Under the pieces are notes generated by a model. The model was not told the DNA's origin, did not search any database, and saw only the letters and a program-made list of their open reading frames with translations. A DNA stretch of 64,000 nt from a bacterium. Its GTDB lineage: Bacteria; Patescibacteriota; Gracilibacteria; JAUYGZ01. Each line of letters opens with the position of its first letter. Position 1 is the first letter of the stretch. The stretch covers positions 19,325 through 83,324 of the forward strand of contig JAUYGZ010000012.1 in assembly GCA_030690415.1 (NCBI GenBank), read 5' to 3'. The translations under genes were made by a program, and so were the position numbers. Shown in pieces: positions 45,917 through 53,361 of this stretch.

Positions 45917-45971
45917 CAGAAACTCTTCCTCACGGGAGGGTTTTTCTGTATGCTCCAAAAGCTGGTGGTAT

Positions 45972-46047
45972 GGGGGCGTAGCTTAATGGTAAAGCGTCCG
46001 AGCTTGACACCCGGAAGATGCCGGTTCAATTCCGACCACCTCCACCA
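45972..46047 (+). tRNA. Aberrant tRNA-like gene (76 nt, CCA encoded): alanine-type acceptor (G3:U70, A73), apparent anticodon TGA, three A:C mismatches; possibly a pseudo-tRNA
   Basis: Hand fold. Acceptor GGGGGCG/CACCTCC has G3:T70 and C6:A67. D arm GCTT-AATGGTA-AAGC. Two nt precede the anticodon arm CCGAG-CTTGACA-CCCGG, which has an A:C mismatch and extends to 6 bp with T:A. Variable region AAGAT. T arm GCCGG-TTCAATT-CCGAC has a C:A mismatch. Ends in ACCA. Confidence 0.5.
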
Positions 46048-46184
46048 GCATATTAAGAAATGGGGACGATGAATCAAAAGGTTTTTTTATTGTGCGGGCT
46101 GAACATTTATGAACCCCTGGCTAAATAAACCCGTACAGACGCCACGATAAATTGTAGAGACACCCCGTAGAGACGTTTGACCCC

Positions 46185-46213
46185 GTAGAGACGCCCCGGC
46201 GGGGCGTCTCTAC
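46185..46213. repeat. REP palindrome gtagagacgcccc-ggc-ggggcgtctctac
   Basis: Perfect 13-nt arms. Preceded by three half-sites (ccgtacagacgcc, tgtagagacacc, ccgtagagacgtt) at 46131..46177. Confidence 0.85.
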
Positions 46214-46384
46214 ACGCACACCATCGCAAACCATCGCAAACCAACGCATCCCCGTTCATACCCACGCAACCCACACGACCCTGCGCATACCCACAAAAAC
46301 AAAACATAAACATCCGTACGTAAAGACCATCCGTGAATGGTCCTTATTAATTATGGTAATATACAATTGTTCTATATCGTTCCA

Positions 46385-47170
46385 ATGTTTCCATCCGCAA
46401 CGTACCACCTTATCGACGAATCCCGATTCCGTGGAAAATACCGTATCGAATCGACGCGACTAAAACATTACGATTATTCATCGGATGGCGCGTATTTCAT
46501 CACCATCTGCGCGAAAAATATGGAACATTTTTTTGGGGAAATACGGGATGGGGAGATGCGATTATCAGAAATGGGGAAAATTGTTGCGCATGAATGGGAA
46601 CAGACAGAAATTATACGCAATTATATTATTTTGGATGAATGGGTGGTGATGCCGAATCATTTTCATGCCATCGTGATCATTAATAAACCAATAACCACAC
46701 CCACTCGAACGACACCATATATGTATACAACCACCACAAATATGCCTCCGACGGGACGTTTGGCCCCCGTAGAGACGCCCCGCCGGGGCGTCTCTACAAT
46801 ATATCGGGGCGTCTCTACACCGTATACAACACGCCGGGGCGTCATCACGAATGGGGGCGCATTTTCGAACACGGATACGGACAAAAACATGGATTACACC
46901 ACAGTTACCAATACGACCGTTTCACCATATAAAAATCCCAATCACAAACCCCAATGGAAACCAGGTTGTCTTGGCGCAATTATTAACCAATTTAAATCCA
47001 AATGTACTAAACTCATTCGCACTATATATCCCGATTTTTCGTGGCAATCCAGATTCCACGACCGCATCATCCGTGATGAGAACGCACTGAATCACATCCG
47101 CGAATACATCAGAAACAACCCCATGAATTGGGAAAATGATCGGAACAATACGAAAAATCTGAATATGTAA
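46385..47170 (+). CDS. REP-associated tyrosine transposase (RAYT; IS200/IS605 Y1 HUH family) with a REP-containing low-complexity insert
   Basis: Start at the ATG at 46385 (MFPSATYHLIDESRFRGKYRIESTRL). HUH motif in VVMPNHFHAIVI. C-terminal WQSRFHDRIIRDENALNHIREYIRNNPMNW carries the catalytic Tyr context YI..NP. The insert PVETPRRGVSTIYRGVSTPYTTRRGV is encoded by REP sequence. Confidence 0.85.
   Translation: MFPSATYHLIDESRFRGKYRIESTRLKHYDYSSDGAYFITICAKNMEHFFGEIRDGEMRLSEMGKIVAHEWEQTEIIRNYIILDEWVVMPNHFHAIVIINKPITTPTRTTPYMYTTTTNMPPTGRLAPVETPRRGVSTIYRGVSTPYTTRRGVITNGGAFSNTDTDKNMDYTTVTNTTVSPYKNPNHKPQWKPGCLGAIINQFKSKCTKLIRTIYPDFSWQSRFHDRIIRDENALNHIREYIRNNPMNWENDRNNTKNLNM
46769..46818. repeat. Intragenic REP palindrome (46769..46797) plus an extra half-site (46806..46818) inside the RAYT ORF
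   Basis: gtagagacgcccc-gcc-ggggcgtctctac followed by ggggcgtctctac, in frame in the transposase coding sequence. Confidence 0.85.
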
Positions 47171-47181
47171 CGGTGTCGTCC

Positions 47182-47210
47182 GTAGAGACGCCCTGCCAGG
47201 GCGTCTCTAC
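47182..47210. repeat. REP palindrome gtagagacgccct-gcc-agggcgtctctac
   Basis: Perfect 13-nt arms, 12 nt after the RAYT stop. Followed by acacggacctgcgcatacccacg. Confidence 0.85.
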
Positions 47211-47253
47211 ACACGGACCTGCGCATACCCACGTAAACTCGCACTTACTCTAC

Positions 47254-48297
47254 CTACTCCACCACCCCCCTCTTTTCTTCCTGATACTGGGCGATAGCTC
47301 TTTGAATCATAAACTCAACCGGGGAGTCCATATGGATAGGAATCAGCTCTACGGTTGGTCTCCTGGTCTGATAGACCCGAAAAACCTCATCAGCAAAACC
47401 CTGGCCAACCAGTTGAATTTTTTTAAAATCAAGAATGATCGTATCGAAACCTTCCAACCCTTCGAGGAGTTTTTTTGCCTGGGAACGCGAGACATAGCTA
47501 TCTTCCTGTTTGTAGAGCTCGACAATGGTTTGGGTCTTCGAGAAGCGAAAATCATCATTGGTGTACTGGTCAAAAACACTTTTCAATTCCTTATCACTAC
47601 TTTTTCTCATCCGAAAAATGACTCTGGTTCCTTTTACCGGTTTGATTTCATCAACAAAAACATCTGGAATGGTGTTGTCAAAAATGAGGTGAAGCTTCGA
47701 GCTCATGATTTCGAACCGATCAGCGATTTTTGACGTAAAAAATATTCCCTGCCCAGAGTGATATTTTGGAGAGGTTGTCTGCTTCCCTTTCAGGACACGC
47801 TGAAGCGCTTCGTAATTATCTTTGAGCTGAAATTTTTTTCTGAGATTGTTAAAGATTCCTATCCCCCGATCTGTGATCTCAAAGGAGATTTCTGCCCTAT
47901 TGGCAGTAAAATCAACGGTTACTTTCGAAGAACGCGAATGCTCAATCGCGTTATTCAGCATTTCAGTAAAGGCATAGCTGAGAATACTCTCGACATTTTT
48001 TTTGAGATAATCATGAATAAGATGTTGAATCTTTCCATAAACCTCGTCTTCCTTGAGTGCTGTGTTGTTGAAAGTCTTGTGAAACTGCATGTCAAAAAAG
48101 TGAGACCGTTCCGACGTCAGCACATAAAAAGACCCCTTTGTCTTCCCGATCTGAAAAACCTGCCCTTCATGAACGAGTTCTGAAATAAGTTTACTCGCGT
48201 AAACCCGGGATACGCCTAAAGATCTGGCAATTTCCTGACTATCAATACGCCCATTTTTCTTGAGGATATCGAATATGTGTTGTTTCTTATTTAACAT
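47254..48297 (-). CDS. Single-polypeptide wHTH - GHKL/HATPase_c-like ATPase - STAS-like (DUF4325-type) protein
   Basis: The N-terminus NGRIDSQEIARSLGVSRVYASKLISELVHEGQV is a winged HTH. N-box is FTEMLNNAIEHS, G1 is ITDRGIGI, G2-like is HSGQGIFF. The C-terminus TIILDFKKIQLVGQGFADEVFRVY fits the remembered DUF4325 STAS-like pattern. Confidence 0.7.
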   Translation of the reverse strand: MLNKKQHIFDILKKNGRIDSQEIARSLGVSRVYASKLISELVHEGQVFQIGKTKGSFYVLTSERSHFFDMQFHKTFNNTALKEDEVYGKIQHLIHDYLKKNVESILSYAFTEMLNNAIEHSRSSKVTVDFTANRAEISFEITDRGIGIFNNLRKKFQLKDNYEALQRVLKGKQTTSPKYHSGQGIFFTSKIADRFEIMSSKLHLIFDNTIPDVFVDEIKPVKGTRVIFRMRKSSDKELKSVFDQYTNDDFRFSKTQTIVELYKQEDSYVSRSQAKKLLEGLEGFDTIILDFKKIQLVGQGFADEVFRVYQTRRPTVELIPIHMDSPVEFMIQRAIAQYQEEKRGVVE

Positions 48298-48457
48298 AAT
48301 GTTCGTAATTGGTATACGATAATATATTACACTTTCTAAAATTAATTGTAAACCAATATTTTAGACATTGTAATCTATTGCAGCCTGTACTCTACATATG
48401 CCAAAAAAACCTAAGAACCTACTCGTCGCTTCGTAGTCACAAGGCTACACCCCCCCC

Positions 48458-48655
48458 CTATATCCCAAACCGCACCGCCTGATCCAGTACATCTTGCTGA
48501 CCCAAACTCCACAGTTGCGCGGATCCTTCCGACAGCCCTTGGAAATTCATCTGAAATGAGATCAAAAGAATCAGGAGGCTTAATCCGGCGAAAAGCACCG
48601 CCACAACAGCCTTTTTTCGGGAATGACCCAGGAGGGACTTGAAAAGTTGTTCCAT
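48458..48655 (-). CDS. Small single-pass membrane protein (weak call)
   Basis: 65 aa, MEQLFKSLLGHSRKKAVVAVLFAGLSLLILLISF..., lying between nadB and the HTH-ATPase gene on the same strand. Confidence 0.35.
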   Translation of the reverse strand: MEQLFKSLLGHSRKKAVVAVLFAGLSLLILLISFQMNFQGLSEGSAQLWSLGQQDVLDQAVRFGI

Positions 48656-48721
48656 GTTTTATTTTTATATTCATCGAATTATATCAAAAATTAGCAAAAC
48701 AGTAAAGAAAAATTCACCCCC

Positions 48722-50440
48722 TCACTCCAATATATGCCCTCCCAGGGAATCCAACTTTATATTCGTATAGTTTGCCGCGTCGGAGACAATCACATAGGCT
48801 GTCTCCACCATGTGCCGCAACTCAATCAAACCCTCACTCAAGGCTGACTGACTATACCGTCGCTCAACCTCTCTCCAGAGCTCACGCAGCTCATCCCGGG
48901 CTTCGAACAGCTGTTCCTTTCGACGAATAATTCCCACCTTCTCCCACATCACAGTCCGAATCCGAGACTTGAACTCCTTAATCTCCACCTCATCCACCTT
49001 CTTCGTCCCGAACGACTCCCATTCTTCCAGCAGTTCAAACGCCTTTTTTAAATCAAAACGCTTCATCCCTCGTTTCTCATTTGTAATTTGTCCCTTTCCA
49101 TCCTTCTTATAATCCTTATCGTCTTTATCGTCTTTATCGTCTTTATCCTCTTTATCATCCTTCTTCAAGGCTTCCGCTACCTTCACCCCCCAGGTCAGAC
49201 ACTCCAGCAAAGAAGTCGAAGCCAAACGATTCGCCCCGTGAACCCCTGTACAGGCCACCTCCCCTGCGGCAAACAAACCGGACAAATCAGTCCTTCCATC
49301 CAAATCAACCGCAATCCCCCCACAAAAAAAGTGTTCTGCCGGCACCACTGGTATGGGATCTCGAGTGATATCAATACCCTCTTCTAGACACCGCTGATAA
49401 ATGTCAGGAAACCGCTCCGGAATAGGGACGCTCCCCGTATAATACTCCGAAAGATTCAAAAACACAGTGCCTTCCTTATTCTCCTTATTCTCCTTATTCT
49501 CCTTATCATCCTTATCATCCTTATAGTCCTTCTTCATCTCCATCATCGCCCGGCACACCACCGACCGTGGCTCCAGGTCTTTCAACGGAAACCGATCCAT
49601 GAAATACTCGCCTTTTTGATTCATCAGCCTCGCCCCCTCCCCCCTCATCGACTCCGAGATCAAAAACAAGCGACCCCACTTCCCCCTATCATCCTTATCG
49701 TCCTTCCCCGGCCGCAAGGCCGTCGGGTGAAACTGCACAAACCTCGCGTTCAGGATTCGGACTCTGGCCCTATTCGCCGCCGCGATACCACTCCCGTAGG
49801 CATGCTCAGCATTGGTATGGTATTCATAAACCTGACCAATCCCCCCGGAACACAGTATCGTATGTTCGGCAAAAAACGGCTTCACCTCTTCTGTCTTCAG
49901 ATCGAAAAGATAGGCTCCAAGACAGCGATTCGGCTGGTACCGGAATTCATAACCCCTGCAATGGTGAACACTCGTGAGCAGATCCACGAGTACATGTCCG
50001 GCAAGAAATGTGACATGGGGACTTTTTTGAATCGCCCGAAACATCGCCTCCATAATGGTCTTCCCCGAATGATCTCCGGCGTGCAAAATCCTCGCCACAC
50101 TGTGAGCCGCCTCTTGAGTAAAGGAATCATCAAAAGAAACCCCTGCCCCCTCAATCAACACCTCATTCACCAAATCAACCCCTTCCCGAGCCAACTGCTC
50201 AATAGCAGGGAGATACCCAATTCCGGCGCCAGCCTTCACAATATCCTGAATCAAAAGTTCGGCCGTGTCTCCAGAGGAACGAGAGATAATTCCCCCTTGA
50301 GCCAATACCGAATTCGATCCCTCCAACACGGACTCATCCTTGGTCACCACCGTACAGGCAATCCCCAGCTGAGAAAGCCGATAGGCAACTGACAATCCCG
50401 CTAGTCCCGAGCCGATAATTAAAACAGGCGTTCGTTTCAT
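48722..50440 (-). CDS. nadB: L-aspartate oxidase with three in-frame Lys/Asp-rich repeat insertions
   Basis: VLIIGSGLAGLSVAYRL FAD fold, FHPTAL, ISESMRGEGARL and GGIAVD...GLFAAGEVACTGVHGANRLASTSLLE motifs. Inserts are GKDDKDDRGKWG, KKDYKDDKDDKENKENKENKEG and KKDDKEDKDDKDDKDDKDYKKDGKG. Confidence 0.93.
   Translation of the reverse strand: MKRTPVLIIGSGLAGLSVAYRLSQLGIACTVVTKDESVLEGSNSVLAQGGIISRSSGDTAELLIQDIVKAGAGIGYLPAIEQLAREGVDLVNEVLIEGAGVSFDDSFTQEAAHSVARILHAGDHSGKTIMEAMFRAIQKSPHVTFLAGHVLVDLLTSVHHCRGYEFRYQPNRCLGAYLFDLKTEEVKPFFAEHTILCSGGIGQVYEYHTNAEHAYGSGIAAANRARVRILNARFVQFHPTALRPGKDDKDDRGKWGRLFLISESMRGEGARLMNQKGEYFMDRFPLKDLEPRSVVCRAMMEMKKDYKDDKDDKENKENKENKEGTVFLNLSEYYTGSVPIPERFPDIYQRCLEEGIDITRDPIPVVPAEHFFCGGIAVDLDGRTDLSGLFAAGEVACTGVHGANRLASTSLLECLTWGVKVAEALKKDDKEDKDDKDDKDDKDYKKDGKGQITNEKRGMKRFDLKKAFELLEEWESFGTKKVDEVEIKEFKSRIRTVMWEKVGIIRRKEQLFEARDELRELWREVERRYSQSALSEGLIELRHMVETAYVIVSDAANYTNIKLDSLGGHILE
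49101..49166 (-). repeat. KD-repeat insertion 1 in nadB (9-nt tandem atcgtcttt x3 plus 2 variant units)
   Basis: Units at 49118, 49127 and 49136 are perfect; 49145 and 49154 are variants. Encodes KKDDKEDKDDKDDKDDKDYKKD. Confidence 0.85.
49474..49535 (-). repeat. KD-repeat insertion 2 in nadB (9-nt tandem ccttattct x3, ccttatcat x2, ccttatagt)
   Basis: Read directly. Encodes KDYKDDKDDKENKENKENKE. Confidence 0.85.
49687..49709 (-). repeat. KD-repeat insertion 3 in nadB (tatcatccttatcgtccttcccc)
   Basis: Same core and the same ccttcccc end as the intergenic copy at 54071..54115. Encodes GKDDKDDR. Confidence 0.75.
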
Positions 50441-50472
50441 TCGAATCCCTAAAAACCTATAAACCTCAGCAC

Positions 50473-52047
50473 TTACTTTTCTTCCTCCGGAAACAAAATC
50501 GGCGTAAACAGATCATTCCCCTTATGTTCAGCCAAGAAATCTCGTATTTCCACGATATCAGCCCGTCGCTGCTCACTTGCCTCGACTTCAATATCTCCAA
50601 TTTTCTTGTCCGGATACGGAACAGACTCTGTCAGCAGCATCTGGTAGAGATAATACCACTCAGGAGTAGTCTTCTCTCCATCAGCAGCAGAAACAGTGTC
50701 CGAAAAGCTCTCTTCCATACCCTCAAAGCTGATGATTCCCTCAGTCAGAGGCATTCCACCCGTCTCAACCATGACAAAAGCGCTGGAAACTGTCTCTGAA
50801 AGATCTTTGTAGTCTGTCGGCTGGATGATCAGAAGCTGCTCGTAGCGAAGAGCGTCCAGAAACCGCTCATAGACCGTAACCCCATATCGGTACTGCTGAC
50901 ATTTTTCGTAGGAGTAGGCCCGATAACTATAATTTTCTTTCTCATAATCCATCCCATTCAAAAAATCACAGAGAGGCGTCTCCAGCGAAGACTGGGAACT
51001 GTACTCTAATCCTGGACGCGGGAGAATAATTCTTCCTTCCGGCTCATCAGGAAACGAAGTCTCATACACGGGCCGTAGAGAAAACCAGGGCTTCTTCGCA
51101 GAAACATACCATCCTCCTTTCACCAGAGTGAAAGCCCCAAACAATCGATCGACGTGATCGTTCAAAGACCATTTGGTCGAACGAAGACTAAAATGCTTCC
51201 TCGCCATAAGCAGTCCATCAGCATCAAAAGCCTCAACAACATACTGATTGAGCCCGGGAAGAAGATTTCCCAGCTTTTCTTCAGCATGGTAATCAAAGCG
51301 GACATCACCAGGACTAAAACGATTCAAAACTCCAAAAGTAGCGCCACCGGAATTCGGATTGAAAGAGTAAACCTGAAGCTTCTCCACCCCCCCAGGGACA
51401 TCCCCATTCAAAACAACCGCATCAGAATCCGTCAGCTCAGGAAGATCAGACAAAACAATATCTTCCGTGCTCACCCCCATCATATCCTGTAAATCAAAAC
51501 TAATCGTCACGCGAAACCGAAACTTTTCCCGATCAGCCAAAGTTCTGTCTTCCGCGTCACCTTCTTTCAAGGGGCGGTATCCGAGGATTTCAAACACATT
51601 ATCTCCGGGTAGGAAGTTGCCATATGAGGACTGTGCATGGTAGCTGGCTACAGTATCCCCTGGGCTAAAACTCTGAAGCGTATGAGCATCCATATTCCCC
51701 GTAGCCGGATGAGTCCAGTTCACATCGATCTGATCCAATTCCTGAAGGATCTTCATATCAATGGTGACCCCGGAATCCTCCACCACTCTCGGAACCTGAA
51801 ACGAAATCCAGTCCTGCTCAACCAACTGTGGTGCGTCATGAAGACCGGAATCAGCGGTAATAGGCTTCATACCATCAGGCAATTCGGCATTAGGATCCTC
51901 AACAATTCCCGCATCAGAAACCGTCACATCCCGCGTTTCTTCAAAAGGAAGGCGCTGTGTCCAAAAAGAAACAAACACAATCCCGGCACCGAGGACCGAT
52001 ACCACCGCGAGAATCCAGGAGCGAGTACGCATAGGAAAAAAATGCAT
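50473..52047 (-). CDS. Hypothetical membrane-anchored protein with an internal duplicated domain
   Basis: 524 aa. N-terminal TM segment is SWILAVVSVLGAGIVFVSFW. Two related segments are SFSPGDTVASYHAQSSYGNFLPGDNVFEILGY and RFSPGDVRFDYHAEEKLGNLLPGLNQYVVEAF. Sits between nadC and nadB. Confidence 0.75.
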   Translation of the reverse strand: MHFFPMRTRSWILAVVSVLGAGIVFVSFWTQRLPFEETRDVTVSDAGIVEDPNAELPDGMKPITADSGLHDAPQLVEQDWISFQVPRVVEDSGVTIDMKILQELDQIDVNWTHPATGNMDAHTLQSFSPGDTVASYHAQSSYGNFLPGDNVFEILGYRPLKEGDAEDRTLADREKFRFRVTISFDLQDMMGVSTEDIVLSDLPELTDSDAVVLNGDVPGGVEKLQVYSFNPNSGGATFGVLNRFSPGDVRFDYHAEEKLGNLLPGLNQYVVEAFDADGLLMARKHFSLRSTKWSLNDHVDRLFGAFTLVKGGWYVSAKKPWFSLRPVYETSFPDEPEGRIILPRPGLEYSSQSSLETPLCDFLNGMDYEKENYSYRAYSYEKCQQYRYGVTVYERFLDALRYEQLLIIQPTDYKDLSETVSSAFVMVETGGMPLTEGIISFEGMEESFSDTVSAADGEKTTPEWYYLYQMLLTESVPYPDKKIGDIEVEASEQRRADIVEIRDFLAEHKGNDLFTPILFPEEEK

Positions 52048-52080
52048 GATGATCGACTTCAGCTTACGAAAAAGCCACCC

Positions 52081-52914
52081 CTAAGACAACCGAAAACTCC
52101 AATCAAAAATCTTTGAACTATGAGTCAGCGCCCCAACAGAAAGAAAATGAACCCCTGTCTCAGCGATCTGCTCAGCATTTTCGAGGGTGACACCACCTGA
52201 AGCTTCCAGCAATATCTTCTGCGACGCCAGCTCGACAGCCTCTGTCATCAGATCCAGAGTGAAATTATCCAAAATAATCCGATTAAGAGATTTTGCGTAT
52301 CCCAAAGCTTCCTGCAACTCTTTCAAATCCCGGACCTCAACAATAAGCGGCGTATCTTTATTTTTCTCACGAAACCGAACAATGGCAGCTGATATTCCAC
52401 CCATCCCATCCACATGCGTGTCCTTAATGATGGCCACCTCCTCGAGATTCATGCGATGATTGACCCCTCCACCGATTTTTACTGCGTATTTATCGAGATA
52501 CCTCCAACCCGGAACGGTCTTACGCGTGTCCAAAATAACACCACCATGAGCGTCCACACACTGAACAAATTGCCGAGTCATGGTCGCGATACCAGAAAGC
52601 CGGCCCAAAAAATTGAGCAGGATCCGCTCAGCTCTCAACAAAGACGCGGCCTTCCCGGTAATACTAGCGATCATCATGCGTTCTTTGACGTTATCTCCTT
52701 CATCCAAGAATGGATCAACCACGAGCTCTTCATCAATCGCCTGAGCAATCTGCTGAAGAAATTTCAAACCGCACAAAACTCCATTTTGTTTGGCAATAAT
52801 GACCCCCTCCTTGAGGACATCATCATCAAAAAGGGTCTGAGAAGTCACGTCAGTGGCACCATCTTCAGCAGTTGCCAGCAAAATCAAAGCTTTGAGTTCC
52901 TGCTCAAGATTCAC
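52081..52914 (-). CDS. nadC: Nicotinate-nucleotide pyrophosphorylase (quinolinate phosphoribosyltransferase); GTG start proposed
   Basis: Core motifs are ILDTRKTVPGWR, AVKIGGGVNHR and IILDNF...ASGGV. The 64 upstream codons of the track ORF lack similarity and would overlap the Smr gene region. An in-frame GTG lies at 52914. Confidence 0.88.
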   Translation of the reverse strand: MNLEQELKALILLATAEDGATDVTSQTLFDDDVLKEGVIIAKQNGVLCGLKFLQQIAQAIDEELVVDPFLDEGDNVKERMMIASITGKAASLLRAERILLNFLGRLSGIATMTRQFVQCVDAHGGVILDTRKTVPGWRYLDKYAVKIGGGVNHRMNLEEVAIIKDTHVDGMGGISAAIVRFREKNKDTPLIVEVRDLKELQEALGYAKSLNRIILDNFTLDLMTEAVELASQKILLEASGGVTLENAEQIAETGVHFLSVGALTHSSKIFDWSFRLS

Positions 52915-52984
52915 ATCAAAAAAACAAATTGAAAGTGCCGATATCCTAGCACAGACTGAAAAAAAATGATAATTGGAAATTGGC

Positions 52985-53305
52985 TCACCGAAGGTGAACC
53001 TCAAGCGCCCCCTCACCACCACGATCAACCCTCGCGGAAACAACCAACTGGACCTGAGGCAGCTTGTGCAAGTACCAGGAAAGCATGGGACGGATGACGG
53101 GCCCATCAGATGAATGTAAACCCTTACCAGTCACAATCAACACCCTCTTCAATCCCCTCTGGGCTGACTGATAAATAAAATCCTGAGCCAATCGCTGAAT
53201 ATCTTCTTCCCGAAGCTTTCCTAAGCCATGAAAATCAAATTCAGCCTGGGGATCATTCAGGGTGGCATACTTGTCATGTTTTCGTTTTCTAGGCTTTTTT
53301 GCCAT
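52985..53305 (-). CDS. Smr-domain protein
   Basis: Start at the ATG at 53305 (MAKKPRKRKHDKY). Sequence FDFHGLGKLREEDI...VLIVTGKGLHS...LR is the Smr pattern. Confidence 0.8.
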   Translation of the reverse strand: MAKKPRKRKHDKYATLNDPQAEFDFHGLGKLREEDIQRLAQDFIYQSAQRGLKRVLIVTGKGLHSSDGPVIRPMLSWYLHKLPQVQLVVSARVDRGGEGALEVHLR

Positions 53306-53361
53306 TGGAGTTGAAATCAATGCGGGAGAAGGATAGCATAAAGAAGCTGAATTTAACACCT

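Larger units (their letters stand above)
45689..47235. mobile_element. REP/RAYT locus: IS200/IS605-type Y1 transposase gene flanked by and containing REP palindromes; an aberrant tRNA is embedded in the left flank
   Basis: Full 29-bp palindromes of the form gtagagacgccc..gggcgtctctac at 46185, 46769 and 47182, and degenerate ones at 45692 and 45770. The shared flank module acgcggacct(a/g)cgcat..cccac follows copies at 45720 and 47211, with related sequence at about 46215-46300. Confidence 0.8.

Noticed and set aside
45841-46313. Minus-strand ORFs 45841..46077 and 46107..46313
   Set aside because: They are antisense readings of the tRNA-like gene and of the REP half-site cluster. The region is better explained as non-coding repeat or tRNA sequence.
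49101-49535. CRISPR-like or minisatellite array
   Set aside because: The repeats are 9 nt, contiguous without spacers, and in frame within nadB. They are coding tandem repeats, not CRISPR.
52915-53106. 64-aa N-terminal extension of nadC, and similar extensions on ribD, ribE, the HAD gene, gpmA, hpf, csp, pcrA, yggT and the Pif1-like helicase in the ORF track
   Set aside because: The track takes the most upstream possible start, including GTG and TTG. The extensions overlap neighbouring genes or terminators and precede well-conserved N-termini that have their own start codons.
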